Shown: positions 20,879 to 30,785 of the stretch, one piece after another
How the letters are laid out: each line of letters starts with the position of its first letter
Position numbering within the stretch: the stretch's first letter is position 1
Source: Phycisphaerae bacterium
GTDB taxonomy: Bacteria; Planctomycetota; Phycisphaerae; UBA1845
DNA length: 64,000 nt
Reading direction: 5' to 3'
Assembly (NCBI GenBank): GCA_963666835.2
Contig: CAXXGO010000006.1
Span: 1,696,001 to 1,760,000, forward strand
The notes under the pieces: generated by a model
Databases searched by the model: none
What the model saw: only the letters and a program-made list of their open reading frames with translations
Told to the model about the DNA's origin: nothing
Made by a program: the position numbers and the translations under genes

Positions 20879-20950
20879 TGAGGGTGCTGGGGCTCGAACC
20901 CAGGACCTACGGCTTAAAAGGCCGTTGCTCTACCACTGAGCTACACCCCC
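20879..20950 (-). tRNA. tRNA-Lys (anticodon TTT), CCA not encoded
   Basis: GGGGGTG TAGCTCAGTGGTAGAGC AACGGC CTTTTAA GCCGT AGGTC CTGGG TTCGAGC CCCAG CACCCTC A folds as a cloverleaf. Confidence 0.96.
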
Positions 20951-21097
20951 GTTCGGTCCGCCGCTGACCCGCATCGTGCCGAAGGTATCGGCGGATACGA
21001 ACCGTAGCGGGCGATCGGTCCGGTCAATATGCACGCCGTTAAGCGCGCGTCAAGGCTGCGAAAACGAGCGGGCCGATAAGGGAGAACTTCCCGTCGG

Positions 21098-21700
21098 CTA
21101 CAGATACCCGAGATCCCGCAGACGCCGCCGGATCATCTCTTCTTCCTCCGGAGAATAGCAGGCCGTATCGACCGGCCCGATCATCCCGAGCACCTCCAGA
21201 GTGGCCAGGGTGTGCTCGACGGACTGCGCCACCGTCATCCGGTCGGTATCCAGCAGAATCTCCGGCTTCAGGGGCTCCTCATATGGGGCATCCACACCGG
21301 CCACGTGCTTGATCTCGCCGCGTCGCGCCTTCTCAAACAGATCCGCCGCCCCGCGCGTCAGCAGCACCTCCATCGGGCACCGGCAATGTACCTCCACGAA
21401 AGCTCCGATTTCCTCGCGGATCCGCTCGCGGACGTCTCGGTAGGGCGAAACGGCCGCGACGACCGTGGTCACCCCGTTGCGATTGAGCAGCCGGCACTCG
21501 TAGCCCAGGCGCAGGAGGTTTGTCTCGATCTCCTCGCGAGTGAAGCCCAAGTGCCGGTTCAGGGTCTGGCGGATCCGCCCGGAATCCAGCACTTCAATGC
21601 GCAGCCCTCGGCCACGAAGGGCCTCGCCCAACGCACGACCCACGGTCGATTTGCCCGAGCCCGAAAGACCGGTGAACCAGATTGTGAAGCTCTTCGTCAA
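21098..21700 (-). CDS. cysC: Adenylyl-sulfate kinase
   Basis: IWFTGLSGSGKST, SPYR, FVEVHC, ARRGEIK, GVDAPYEEP. Confidence 0.88.
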   Translation of the reverse strand: MTKSFTIWFTGLSGSGKSTVGRALGEALRGRGLRIEVLDSGRIRQTLNRHLGFTREEIETNLLRLGYECRLLNRNGVTTVVAAVSPYRDVRERIREEIGAFVEVHCRCPMEVLLTRGAADLFEKARRGEIKHVAGVDAPYEEPLKPEILLDTDRMTVAQSVEHTLATLEVLGMIGPVDTACYSPEEEEMIRRRLRDLGYL

Positions 21701-21704
21701 GATC

Positions 21705-23135
21705 TCACCATGCGTTGACGTTCAAGACCGGCCCCCACCACAACACGATAACTGCCAGAACAACGAGCAGCCCCCACACGTTCATCGACCAGCCGATGCG
21801 AACCACATCCCGCACGCCGTAATAGCCCGCCGAAAAGCTGATTGCGTTCGGCGGCGAGCTTATCGGCAGAATGAAAGCCAACCCGGCCGGTACCGTCACC
21901 GCCAGAGTAATCATCACCGGCCCGACGCCCGCCACCTCGGCCAGGGAGTATCCGATCGGCAGGAGAATGGCCACTGCCGCGGCGTTGCTGATTCCTTCGG
22001 TCAGGATGATGCTGACGGTTGCCATCGCCAGCACAATCATCAGCGGCGAAACGGTGGAGTCGATTATTCGGTGAACCAACCACTCCATCGCTTTCGTTTC
22101 GGTCAGCGCCGCCCCGAGGGCTACGGCCCCTCCGTACATCAGCAGAATACCCCAGTTCACGTAGTCCTGCACGGTTTTCCAATCGACGATCCGCAGGACG
22201 AACAGCAATGCGCCGGAAACCATGGCGATCACGGCCAGTCCGACGGTGTGACCCACAGTAATCCATGCTGCGATGGTCACAAGCGTGAGCCCGGCCAATC
22301 GGCGTTCGCGCCCCGACAGGCGCCCGAGTCGCCGCACTCGCTGGTCGAGCATGCGCGTGGCGGGTTTGATGTCGTCAATGTCGTTCGGGATCCGCCGCAG
22401 GGTCAGCACGGCCACGACGGTCATGATCACCACGACCGGGATGCAGGCCGCCATCCAGCTCAGGAAGCTGATCGTTACGGTCGGGTGGGCTTCATGGAGC
22501 AGACTCAACGCCAAAGGGGTGCGGGCTCCGCCCAGGAACGTCCCGACTCCGCCGATGATGGCTCCCCAGGCCAAGCCGAGGAACAGTTTCTTTGCGTAAT
22601 GGCTGCCCCGCGTCAGTCCCAAAGTGGCGGCGATCTCGGTGGCAATTGGGTAGATCATGGCCGCGACCGCATGCTCCGGCATCCACAGCGCCATGAACGA
22701 CGCCGATACGGTGATCCCGACGATCAACCGTTCGGGACTGCTGTCGAACCGCTGTAGCGCCACCAGCGTGATGCGTTTGGAGAGCCCGGTCGAGATCATG
22801 GCCGCGGCCAGTAGGAACACGCCCAGCATAAAGAACACGGCGCTGTTGCCGAACAGACCGAACGCCTCATCTTTCGACAATACGCCTAACAACGGCAACA
22901 AAGCCACGGCGAGCAAACCGGTAGCCGCGAGCGGAATCAGATTCGTGAACCAAAGTGCCATGCAGACCAGGAAGATCCCCAGGCAGCGTTGCGGAGCCTC
23001 GAGGGGCATGTCGCCGGGCAAGCCGTCGGGGAGAACAAATGGCTGGGCCAGGGCGAGCCACGCGGCGACGGCGGCGGCGGCGGCCACGATCCCGAGCTTC
23101 AATGTCAACCGTCGATCCCCGGTCACCACGATCAT
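21705..23135 (-). CDS. DASS/SLC13 family anion:sodium symporter (possibly sulfate)
   Basis: W.T..IPL..T, GLSKRI, IGGVGTFLG, TEGISNAAA, AFILPISSPPNAI. Start is uncertain (up to 23201). Confidence 0.9.
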   Translation of the reverse strand: MIVVTGDRRLTLKLGIVAAAAAVAAWLALAQPFVLPDGLPGDMPLEAPQRCLGIFLVCMALWFTNLIPLAATGLLAVALLPLLGVLSKDEAFGLFGNSAVFFMLGVFLLAAAMISTGLSKRITLVALQRFDSSPERLIVGITVSASFMALWMPEHAVAAMIYPIATEIAATLGLTRGSHYAKKLFLGLAWGAIIGGVGTFLGGARTPLALSLLHEAHPTVTISFLSWMAACIPVVVIMTVVAVLTLRRIPNDIDDIKPATRMLDQRVRRLGRLSGRERRLAGLTLVTIAAWITVGHTVGLAVIAMVSGALLFVLRIVDWKTVQDYVNWGILLMYGGAVALGAALTETKAMEWLVHRIIDSTVSPLMIVLAMATVSIILTEGISNAAAVAILLPIGYSLAEVAGVGPVMITLAVTVPAGLAFILPISSPPNAISFSAGYYGVRDVVRIGWSMNVWGLLVVLAVIVLWWGPVLNVNAW

Positions 23136-23249
23136 CCACCATCCCCGACCGGATATTGCCGTTTGCTCGCGGCATTGTCGCGACTGACGACGATCTGTCA
23201 CCGTGTCGGCCGCTTACTCGGGGTCTCCGCCGCAGCGCGGCAAGCCGGA

Positions 23250-23798
23250 TTATTCACCGTCGTACGTCAGGATCGAGTGAATCGGGTACTTCCCCAACTT
23301 CTCGCGGCCTTCGAGGTACGCCAGCTCGATCAGGAAAGCACACCCGACGATCACTCCGCCAAGATCCTCAACCAACTCGCAGCAGGCCGCCATGGTCCCG
23401 CCGGTAGCCAGCAGATCGTCTACCATCAAGATGCGGTTACCCGGCTGGATGGCGTCCTCGTGGATTTCGACTCGATCTGTGCCGTACTCAAGGTCGTATT
23501 CCTGAGCACGGGTCTTGTCCGGGAGCCGGCCCGCCTTGCGCACGGGAGCGAACCCTGCGGAGAGGCTGCCCGCCACCGCGGTGGCGAAGATAAACCCGCG
23601 GGCCTCTACTCCGACAACCGCATCAACCGCTTTGCTTCGAAACGGCTGGGCGAGGTACTCGACGGCCAGCGACAATCCGGCCGGATTGCGCAGCAGGGGG
23701 GTGATGTCCCGAAACACGATGCCCGGCTTGGGGAAGTCTGGTACGTCTCTAATCAGGTTACGCAGCTTCGTGATTTCAATCTGACCATCCGTTGCCAT
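23250..23798 (-). CDS. apt: Adenine phosphoribosyltransferase
   Basis: IRDVPDFPKPGIVFRDIT, EARGF, VRKAGRLP, YDLEYG, VDDLLATGGT. Confidence 0.97.
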   Translation of the reverse strand: MATDGQIEITKLRNLIRDVPDFPKPGIVFRDITPLLRNPAGLSLAVEYLAQPFRSKAVDAVVGVEARGFIFATAVAGSLSAGFAPVRKAGRLPDKTRAQEYDLEYGTDRVEIHEDAIQPGNRILMVDDLLATGGTMAACCELVEDLGGVIVGCAFLIELAYLEGREKLGKYPIHSILTYDGE

Positions 23799-23889
23799 AC
23801 ACGATTCCTCAACGCTTGACGCCATCAAACGACTCCAAGTTAATAACGGAAACCAACACCCACACCACTCCTATTCTCCAATCCCTGAA

Positions 23890-24495
23890 TCACGCCTTAG
23901 CGTTGGGCAGCATCGTTCGGCGAATATACGGACTGTAAATTGCGCCGATCGGGTTATGCGCCAGGACCCGGTCCTTCGCAATCAACGTTGTCACCGGAGC
24001 GCGGGACGTTATCCCGAAGACCGCATCGTGTCCGACGCACAGGCCGCACAGGATGTTGAGCTCCGTCCCGGCCTCGTTCAGCTTCATTGCCTGCCCGGCC
24101 GGGTTGCACATCGTTTCCCTTTCCTTGGCGGAGTCAATCTGCTCGAGGCCGAGCGTGCTTTTGTCGATCCCACACACCTTGCAGCAGACCGAAACGACCT
24201 CGAACTTATCGCCCAGAATCTCCGCGACGATCTCGGCCTCGTCCGCCAGTCCGACGCAGAACGCCAGCCCCAACTTGCGAAACCCCATCTCTTCGGCAAA
24301 CAGCATTGTCTCCCGAATGCGCGGCTCCCGGCAGTAGTGACGTCCTTCGATGGCCGTCGCCGCTTTGTGCAACCGCGCGATTTGCGAGTCTTCATATAAG
24401 GCGCGATGCTGCGCGGTGTCCTCGAAACAGTCTTTGCCCTCGCGGCACTCCCGGGTTCGGCACTTCGCGCAGCGTGGTGACGTTTGTTTGCTCAT
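23890..24495 (-). CDS. DUF1847 family Cys-rich (metal-binding) protein
   Basis: GLAFCVGL, CCKVCG, MCNPAGQA, GLCVGHD, KDRVLAHNP. Confidence 0.9.
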   Translation of the reverse strand: MSKQTSPRCAKCRTRECREGKDCFEDTAQHRALYEDSQIARLHKAATAIEGRHYCREPRIRETMLFAEEMGFRKLGLAFCVGLADEAEIVAEILGDKFEVVSVCCKVCGIDKSTLGLEQIDSAKERETMCNPAGQAMKLNEAGTELNILCGLCVGHDAVFGITSRAPVTTLIAKDRVLAHNPIGAIYSPYIRRTMLPNAKA

Positions 24496-24525
24496 TCTCG
24501 TGCCCTTACTCGCACCGACCGTTCA

Positions 24526-25101
24526 TCAGGAAACCAGACCATGTCCGAATGCCTGCGCCCGTGACATTATGGTGGCATCGTTGCGGATGTCGTCGGGCGA
24601 CTTCACCTGGCTTGCTACCATTGCCCCGAGCCATTCGGCCTGGCCGAACTTGGCCATGCGCTGACAGATCTCCTGGACGAGATCTGCGCCGTCGTTATCT
24701 CCGCCGCCACCGGTAATCACGGCCGCCATCTTTCGCCCCTTCAGGAGGCTCTTGATGGTTCCGTCGCCGCCGAATTTGAACATGCAATAGAACCGGTCCA
24801 TGGCCATCTTGAGCGGCCAGGCCGGGGACCAACAGAACACCGGGGTCGCCCAAATGATGAGGTCGGCGGCAAGAGCCTTATCCAGCACCGCGAGCATGCC
24901 GTCGTCGACCGCGCAACCGGGCAGGTCCGGCTTTCTCTGGCAGGAGAAGCACTCCTTGCAGCCGACAAGACCCTCCAACCCGGCCAGGTAGACTGTTTCT
25001 GCTTCTGCTCCGGCTTCCGCTGCCCCGGATAGAACAGAATCCAGGACCGCCTGGGTGTTACCGTGTTCCCGCGGGCTGCCCTGCAGGGCGAGAATGTTCA
25101 T
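24526..25101 (-). CDS. Flavodoxin-like / iron-sulfur flavoprotein (NADPH-dependent FMN reductase family)
   Basis: GSPR.HGNT, CKECFSC..C, ATPVF, KMAMDR. Confidence 0.9.
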   Translation of the reverse strand: MNILALQGSPREHGNTQAVLDSVLSGAAEAGAEAETVYLAGLEGLVGCKECFSCQRKPDLPGCAVDDGMLAVLDKALAADLIIWATPVFCWSPAWPLKMAMDRFYCMFKFGGDGTIKSLLKGRKMAAVITGGGGDNDGADLVQEICQRMAKFGQAEWLGAMVASQVKSPDDIRNDATIMSRAQAFGHGLVS

Positions 25102-25243
25102 TGCGTTTCCCTCGACGTTGGAGCCTCCGCGGCTATCGCGCCGCCCGTTACGGCGGATATGCTAACACACTCGGTCGCTGTCGGCGAGTCATCGGGTTCC
25201 TGCTGCCGTGGGCCGCTAGTAGGCCGGGTGGCCCATGGCTTTA

Positions 25244-27091
25244 GGGCCTGTCGGTTTAGTCGCAGCAGACGGAGTATGGGTGAGCGATCTCCGTGCGGCT
25301 CGCGCTGTTGCACGGCTACGTTCTCCTCATCCAATCCGTGTCATCGTGGGTGTCCCTGGCAGATCAGACTCCCTATCTTCCCTAATAGAACGGTTTTTCC
25401 TGCGCGCAAGCCCTTTTAGGCCTCTTAAATGGCTTTCACCCGACCCTCGGCGCGCAGAGCTCCCACTATCGCTATCAGTTTCTTTATGTTGAAGGCTGTG
25501 CATGCCCATAACCACTCGGTTCGGACCTTGTCCAATCCACGTAGCAGAAACTGCCGAAGCCCCATTGCATGCTTGATGACTGCGTTGGGAGTCTCCGCCA
25601 GATGCGCCCGCCGTGCGTAGTCCTTCTTACCGGATGCCGTCTTCAGCCACGCCGCAACCTTCTGGCGAAGCGGTTCATGTTGATCATGTGAAACCGTTCG
25701 CCGCTTGCACTTGCCGGATAGACAATCTTCCGCCAGCCTGCAACCCTCACATGACAAACACCGATAGACCCGGTATTCCGAATCGGCGCCGTTCTCACGA
25801 CCCTTCGTCTTGACTTGATCAAACGTCAGCCGGCGACCCTGTGGGCAGTAATAGCAGTCTTCTTCCCGCTGATAAACGAAGGCGGCGCGGTCCAGCTTTC
25901 CCGTCTGACGACGACGAGGAAGCTTAGCCCAGTCCGCCTCCGGCACCGGGGTACTCGGGTCCGAACGTTCCGCCGGATTGTCATCCGGCAACCGCGAAGT
26001 CCCCGTAGGCATCAAAGGTTCAATCCCGCGATCCACCAACGCCGAGAGGTTGCCACCTGTGCCGAACGTCGAATCTGCCACCAACTGCTCGGGTTTCTGA
26101 CCAAAAGCGGATTCAATACGCTCGGCCGTGGGGATTACGGCCTCCGCTTCGTTAATCTCGTTGAGCACGTCCCCATCTACGATCATCCCGCACTCATCAT
26201 CCGCAGCGGCTACCGGATTGTAATTCGGACCATAGCCGCCCTCTTTATTGGGCATGATCGTCGAATCCGGATCGGCCACCGGAACCTTGGCCTTACGTTT
26301 CGAAGTGTTTTGGGACTTGCTATGCTTGGCGTCGATCTTCTTCGCAGCCTCCAAGGCCTTATGAAGTTGTTTCTGACGCTTCTTCAGATCGCCCAACTCC
26401 GACGGCAGGGTGTTGACCGAAACGCTGTCGCCAAACAGATCCTTCTCGCGACGATCTATCTGATCCGCCTCGGCCAGCAACTTATCGATCTGTTCGTCCA
26501 GAACACGTAATCGTTCTTCAAGCGTCTTGGCAGTGGCCGTCGCGTGTGGACTGCTATTCGCTTTAACCCGAGTCCCGTCCAACGCCACCTGATTCAGGCG
26601 TATCAATCCCATTTGCATAGCCACGCGGCCGATCTGTCGGAACAGATCCTTCAGTTCTCGTTTGAACCTCGTGCGGAAATCACAGAATGTCGAATGGTCG
26701 ATGATCCGTCCTTCCGTCAGCCACATGAAGTCAACAGCGTTACCACACGCCCACTCCAGACGCCGACTCGATCGAATCTTGTTGGTCAGACCGTATAGAA
26801 TCGCCCCGGCCACGATCTTGGGGTGAATCGGCGGCTGCCCCACCACCAGAACGTAATGTTGTTCCCAGCTTGCCCAATCCAGTCCATCGAGGATTTCCAT
26901 CAAGAGCCGCACCGAGTGATTCTCGGGGATGCGGTCTCCCAACGTCTCGGGAATCAGGAGTATTTGGTCTCTGGGCAGCGGGGCTCGGTTCCATCTGCTC
27001 ATGCTCGTTGCCTCCCTGCGACGCCTCTCTTCCTGACGCTCGGCCACGAACACCTGCCATCAAGAACCATGCCAATTAAATCGACAGGCCC
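25244..27091 (-). mobile_element. IS1182-family insertion sequence (1848 bp), 4-bp TTTA target duplication
   Basis: TIRs GGGCCTGTCGGTTTAGT / ATTAAATCGACAGGCCC; TTTA at 25240-25243 and 27092-27095. Confidence 0.92.
25425..27002 (-). CDS. IS1182-family DDE transposase
   Basis: GQPPIHP, SSRRLE, DHSTFCDFR, ALDGTRVKAN, DPDS, YN, ADS, CPQG, RRAHLAETPNAVIK, RGLDKV; RBS GGAGG. Confidence 0.93.
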   Translation of the reverse strand: MSRWNRAPLPRDQILLIPETLGDRIPENHSVRLLMEILDGLDWASWEQHYVLVVGQPPIHPKIVAGAILYGLTNKIRSSRRLEWACGNAVDFMWLTEGRIIDHSTFCDFRTRFKRELKDLFRQIGRVAMQMGLIRLNQVALDGTRVKANSSPHATATAKTLEERLRVLDEQIDKLLAEADQIDRREKDLFGDSVSVNTLPSELGDLKKRQKQLHKALEAAKKIDAKHSKSQNTSKRKAKVPVADPDSTIMPNKEGGYGPNYNPVAAADDECGMIVDGDVLNEINEAEAVIPTAERIESAFGQKPEQLVADSTFGTGGNLSALVDRGIEPLMPTGTSRLPDDNPAERSDPSTPVPEADWAKLPRRRQTGKLDRAAFVYQREEDCYYCPQGRRLTFDQVKTKGRENGADSEYRVYRCLSCEGCRLAEDCLSGKCKRRTVSHDQHEPLRQKVAAWLKTASGKKDYARRAHLAETPNAVIKHAMGLRQFLLRGLDKVRTEWLWACTAFNIKKLIAIVGALRAEGRVKAI

Positions 27092-27180
27092 TTTAGCCGT
27101 GGGGGACAAGGACTCGCCGGTTGGCCCCGGTCCTCTTGAGTCTGGTGTATGATGCGATCCATGAAGGACCTTTGGAATAG

Positions 27181-27865
27181 GGCGCATCGGCTCCTTGCGG
27201 GGCTGGGGCCGACGTGCAACTCGATCCTGCGGCTCACGCCGTTGGCCGGGCAGAACTAGCGCCCTTGCGGGCTGGTCCCGCGAGCCACGCGGGCGGCACA
27301 TCGTCGTGCGACTCGGGTCATTGCGGCCTTGACGGCAGGTCTCGTGCCTCGACCGTGCCCTACGGCAAGCCCCTTGGGGCGACAGATCCTCTAGTCCCAT
27401 GGCGTAAGCCTGGGAAATCGATTGGTCCCGCGAGCCACGCGGGCGGCACATCTTTGTGCGACTCGGGCCATTGCGGCCTTGATGGCAGGTCTCGTGCCTC
27501 GACCGTGCCCTACGGCAAGCCCCTTGGGGCGACAGATTCTCTAGTCCCATGGCGTAAGCCTGGGAAATCGATTGGTCCCGCGAGCCACGCGGGCGGCACA
27601 TCGTCGTGCGACTCGGGTCATTGCGGCCTTGACGGCAGGTCTCGTGCCTCGACCGTGCCCTACGGCAAGCCCCTTGGGGCGACAGATCCTCTAGTCCCAT
27701 GGCGTAAGCCTGGGAAATCGATTGGTCCCGCGAGCCACGCGGGCGGCACATCGTCGTGCGACTCGGGTCATTGCGGCCTTGATGGCAGGTCTCGTGCCTC
27801 GACCGTGCCCTACGGCAGGCCCCTTGGGGCGACAGATCCTCTAGCCCCATGGCGTAAGCCTGGGG
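27181..27865 (-). repeat. Tandem array, 150-bp unit x4 (internally deleted form of the ~400-bp element)
   Basis: TGGTCCCGCG at 27273, 27423, 27573, 27723; each unit holds one REP1. Confidence 0.95.
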
Positions 27866-27870
27866 GACCG

Positions 27871-29325
27871 TTACGGAGCCCGGACCATCGGCTTGGCGTG
27901 GGTGACGCTGAAGGGCAGCGAGAGCTTTGGCAGCCCGGCCGCGGCGCGCAGGTCGTTCTGCTCGGAAAGCAGTTGGCGGAAGGACGAGGCGGGAACCTCG
28001 ATAACACTCCCGTCGGCCAGCCCGATCGAGACCATGTCGTACGGGGAGATTCTGGGATTCTGATCCGGATCAGGTGACCAGACCACCAGCCACAGGTTCG
28101 GGTCCGCCGTTGAGAGGTCGATGTCGTGGTAGGTGAAGACGAAGTCGCCCAGTCGATGCGCTGTGGTGCCTTCGGGCAGAGCGCGGGCGGCGGCGGTGGC
28201 GACTTCTTGCCGACGGTCCTCCGACAGGCCTGTGAAGCCACTCAGGTAGATCTCTGCTACCGGTACGGCATCGCGTGCCGTAGTGGTGTCAAACAGAACG
28301 AAATCTGAAGCGAGCACGAAGTAGTCGGCCGCAAGTTGGATCGCATGGGGCGGAAGCTGCCCGTCGTTTACGTCGGCGAATTTCACAATCGACTCGGCAA
28401 TTGCGGCGGTTTCGTCGCGTTGCATCCCCGGATATGGGGCAAACGGACCGGTCCCCGACATGCTGCTGACAAACGCCCAGATGTAGAGGCCCGCCGCTCC
28501 GGCAATAAGAAGGACCGGGACCAAAAGAACTGCGAACGCTGCCCGGAGTCCGCTTACCGTCTGGCCCTCCTTCACTGCCAGGACCGCGCTGACCAGCCAC
28601 CAGATCCAGCCGAAGTACGGTCCAAGGCAAGGGGTGGCCGTGAGGATGTTCGCGCCGGAGCTATAGCAAAGCGACTGGAAGGTCCGGCCTATCACGTCGG
28701 CCGTCGGCCCGGTCAGTCGCAGTAGTCCGTGAACGAATGCCCCCCATATAACGACCAGGATCACGAAGGCGATCGGGATAGCGACGAAAGACGCGCAGCA
28801 TGCGCCCCCTCCCCACAACATTCCGGGTGGCGAAACGCCTCCCATAATCAGACCCAAAATCGCAACAGGGAAGATGAACGTCCCTGTGATGATCAACTGC
28901 GTGAGAACCGCAAACGTCCAACAGGAATTCTCTGGTTCCATTACCGGAGCAAGGCGCATGAGTTGCTGCGGTTTCACCATCGCCCAGCCGACGGTCGACA
29001 ACCAACGCTTAAAGATGTTCGTTCCATCACGCCGCAGCCAGGGCACTTCCTCGGCGGTGGTTCGGTCTTCTTCCACTCCCTCGGTCGGGAGCAGGGTCAT
29101 CTCGTCCATACTGACCGGCTGACCGCACGAGCCGCAGGTGAAGGCCTTAGGGACGAGATGGCCGTTCTCGTCGGTACCGTAGTAGTCCTGGCCGCAATGC
29201 GGACAGCAGAAGCGGACGCTGCTGGGGGCGAAGCGATACTCGCTTGGAAGGAACGCCGTGCCACACTCCGGACACTTCCGCGAGACGAGGTTCCACAAGC
29301 GATAGCCGCAAGTCCTGCAACGCAT
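27871..29325 (-). CDS. Membrane protein with N-terminal Zn-ribbons and YIP1-like TM region
   Basis: CRTCGY..CPECG..CPHCG..CGSCG, followed by ~5 TM helices and a C-terminal soluble domain. Confidence 0.78.
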   Translation of the reverse strand: MRCRTCGYRLWNLVSRKCPECGTAFLPSEYRFAPSSVRFCCPHCGQDYYGTDENGHLVPKAFTCGSCGQPVSMDEMTLLPTEGVEEDRTTAEEVPWLRRDGTNIFKRWLSTVGWAMVKPQQLMRLAPVMEPENSCWTFAVLTQLIITGTFIFPVAILGLIMGGVSPPGMLWGGGACCASFVAIPIAFVILVVIWGAFVHGLLRLTGPTADVIGRTFQSLCYSSGANILTATPCLGPYFGWIWWLVSAVLAVKEGQTVSGLRAAFAVLLVPVLLIAGAAGLYIWAFVSSMSGTGPFAPYPGMQRDETAAIAESIVKFADVNDGQLPPHAIQLAADYFVLASDFVLFDTTTARDAVPVAEIYLSGFTGLSEDRRQEVATAAARALPEGTTAHRLGDFVFTYHDIDLSTADPNLWLVVWSPDPDQNPRISPYDMVSIGLADGSVIEVPASSFRQLLSEQNDLRAAAGLPKLSLPFSVTHAKPMVRAP

Positions 29326-29362
29326 TAATCCGCTCCCTTTAGCAATGCCGGCGGGGCATGAG

Positions 29363-29965
29363 TCAATCCCACTCCGTTGTTTCCTCCCTGATCTTGCCCC
29401 GAGATAGCCAGATCATCATAAACACTGGAAAGGCCCAGCCCCAGGCAATAGCGAACGCTATTCCCACAGCGACTCCGATCGCAACGGCCCCCGCCGGTAT
29501 GCCTGCCTGAATGGGCATCGTTTGCATCATCTGCTGCTGGATCCGGTAGCCGATCATCGCACTAACCACAACCAACATCATTTTCAGGACCGCCCAGCAC
29601 CATAGGATATTCGACGACCGCCGGCGACGCTTGAGCAACCCGATCCCGCCCACGACGTGGATCAGGGCGACAACCAGAGTGGCGAGCGAACTCATCACCG
29701 TCCACCCGCGGTGCTCTATGGCGATTCTTATGGCCACATCATTTGCCGTCGTCTGGGCGCCCGCAGGAAGTGCGCTCTCAAAGAACCATTCATAGAAGAA
29801 GGGCGAAAGTACCCCCCAACCCCCAGCCAACGCCGCTAATCCTCCGAATACGATGCAGAGTGCGCCCAACACCGTTGGCCACTTCGACGGAACCTCCGGC
29901 GGAGGATTATGCACGGGTTGGGTCGGAGGAAGGTCGGGAATTTGGTTGACATCATTGATCGTCAC
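29363..29965 (-). CDS. Hypothetical 4-TM membrane protein (paralog 1)
   Basis: GTG start after AAAGGAGA; paralogous to the adjacent gene. Confidence 0.78.
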   Translation of the reverse strand: MTINDVNQIPDLPPTQPVHNPPPEVPSKWPTVLGALCIVFGGLAALAGGWGVLSPFFYEWFFESALPAGAQTTANDVAIRIAIEHRGWTVMSSLATLVVALIHVVGGIGLLKRRRRSSNILWCWAVLKMMLVVVSAMIGYRIQQQMMQTMPIQAGIPAGAVAIGVAVGIAFAIAWGWAFPVFMMIWLSRGKIREETTEWD

Positions 29966-30074
29966 AAGTCTATCTCCTTTGCTGCGTCTCCGCACAGACT
30001 TCCGGATGTGGCAAGGAACCCCGCCGGTTGCCAGACGAGAGCGTCCGATCGATAGTCGCAAGTGCTGCAGCGCA

Positions 30075-30692
30075 TCAATCCGTCCCCAGAGAGGGTGCCG
30101 GCCGGACATAGCCCCACGCCGCCGTCTCCTCCCTGATCTTACCCCGTGATAGCCAGATCATCATGAACACCGGGAGCGCCCATGCCAACCCAATGAGGAG
30201 CCCGTCCAGCACGATCGAGGCGTTTACATAGATCGTCGTCGGAGTGACGTTTGGAGGGGGCAGCGGCGCAATGTGACTCTCGAGCACGAGGTCACTGATA
30301 AGCAGCAGCACCTTCAGAATCGCCCAGAACCACACGACATTGAACGCCCAGCGGCGCCGCTTGAACAGTCCGCCCCCGGCCACCAGTTGAATCACGGCGA
30401 GGGCGACAGTGGCGAGTGAGCGCACCAGCACCTGACCTTCATGGCCCGCGGCGATCTCACTGACAAAGAACTCCAACGTCCCGCCCGTGATCGGATTCGG
30501 GAAGCTCGTGTAGAACCCATGGAAAAAGAGAGCCGACAGCACGCAGAAACACCCGGCCAGCGCGGCCAACGCCCCGAATACAATGCAGAGCACGCCCAAC
30601 ACCGACGGCCACTTCGAACGGACCTTTGCCGATAGACTGTGTGCCGGCACGGTCGGCGGAATGTGCGGCATACTGTCAACGTGATCGGCCAT
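30075..30692 (-). CDS. Hypothetical 4-TM membrane protein (paralog 2)
   Basis: Shares SKWP.VLG.LCIVFG.LAALAG and PVFMMIWLSRGKIREET with paralog 1. Confidence 0.75.
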   Translation of the reverse strand: MADHVDSMPHIPPTVPAHSLSAKVRSKWPSVLGVLCIVFGALAALAGCFCVLSALFFHGFYTSFPNPITGGTLEFFVSEIAAGHEGQVLVRSLATVALAVIQLVAGGGLFKRRRWAFNVVWFWAILKVLLLISDLVLESHIAPLPPPNVTPTTIYVNASIVLDGLLIGLAWALPVFMMIWLSRGKIREETAAWGYVRPAPSLGTD

Positions 30693-30785
30693 TACCGTCT
30701 TGTTCCCATCCGTGCGATCATGGACCGCCGCCGGCGAGGCGCTATCAACTCTCTGATCGATGTGGGCTCCGCCCAAGAGCCCCAA

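Noticed and set aside
20879..20950. tRNA-Lys as an island attachment site
   Set aside because: No integrase and no duplicated tRNA 3' end seen in the window.
25159..25172. ATGCTAACACACTC as an IS1182 terminal repeat
   Set aside because: No partner found; the ends at 25244 and 27091 have matching TIRs and a TTTA duplication.
26999..28077. Repetitive ORFs of 283 and 287 aa
   Set aside because: Artefacts of a 150-bp (multiple of 3) non-coding repeat; the same AGLVPRPCPT / RQVSCLD peptides appear at every REP.
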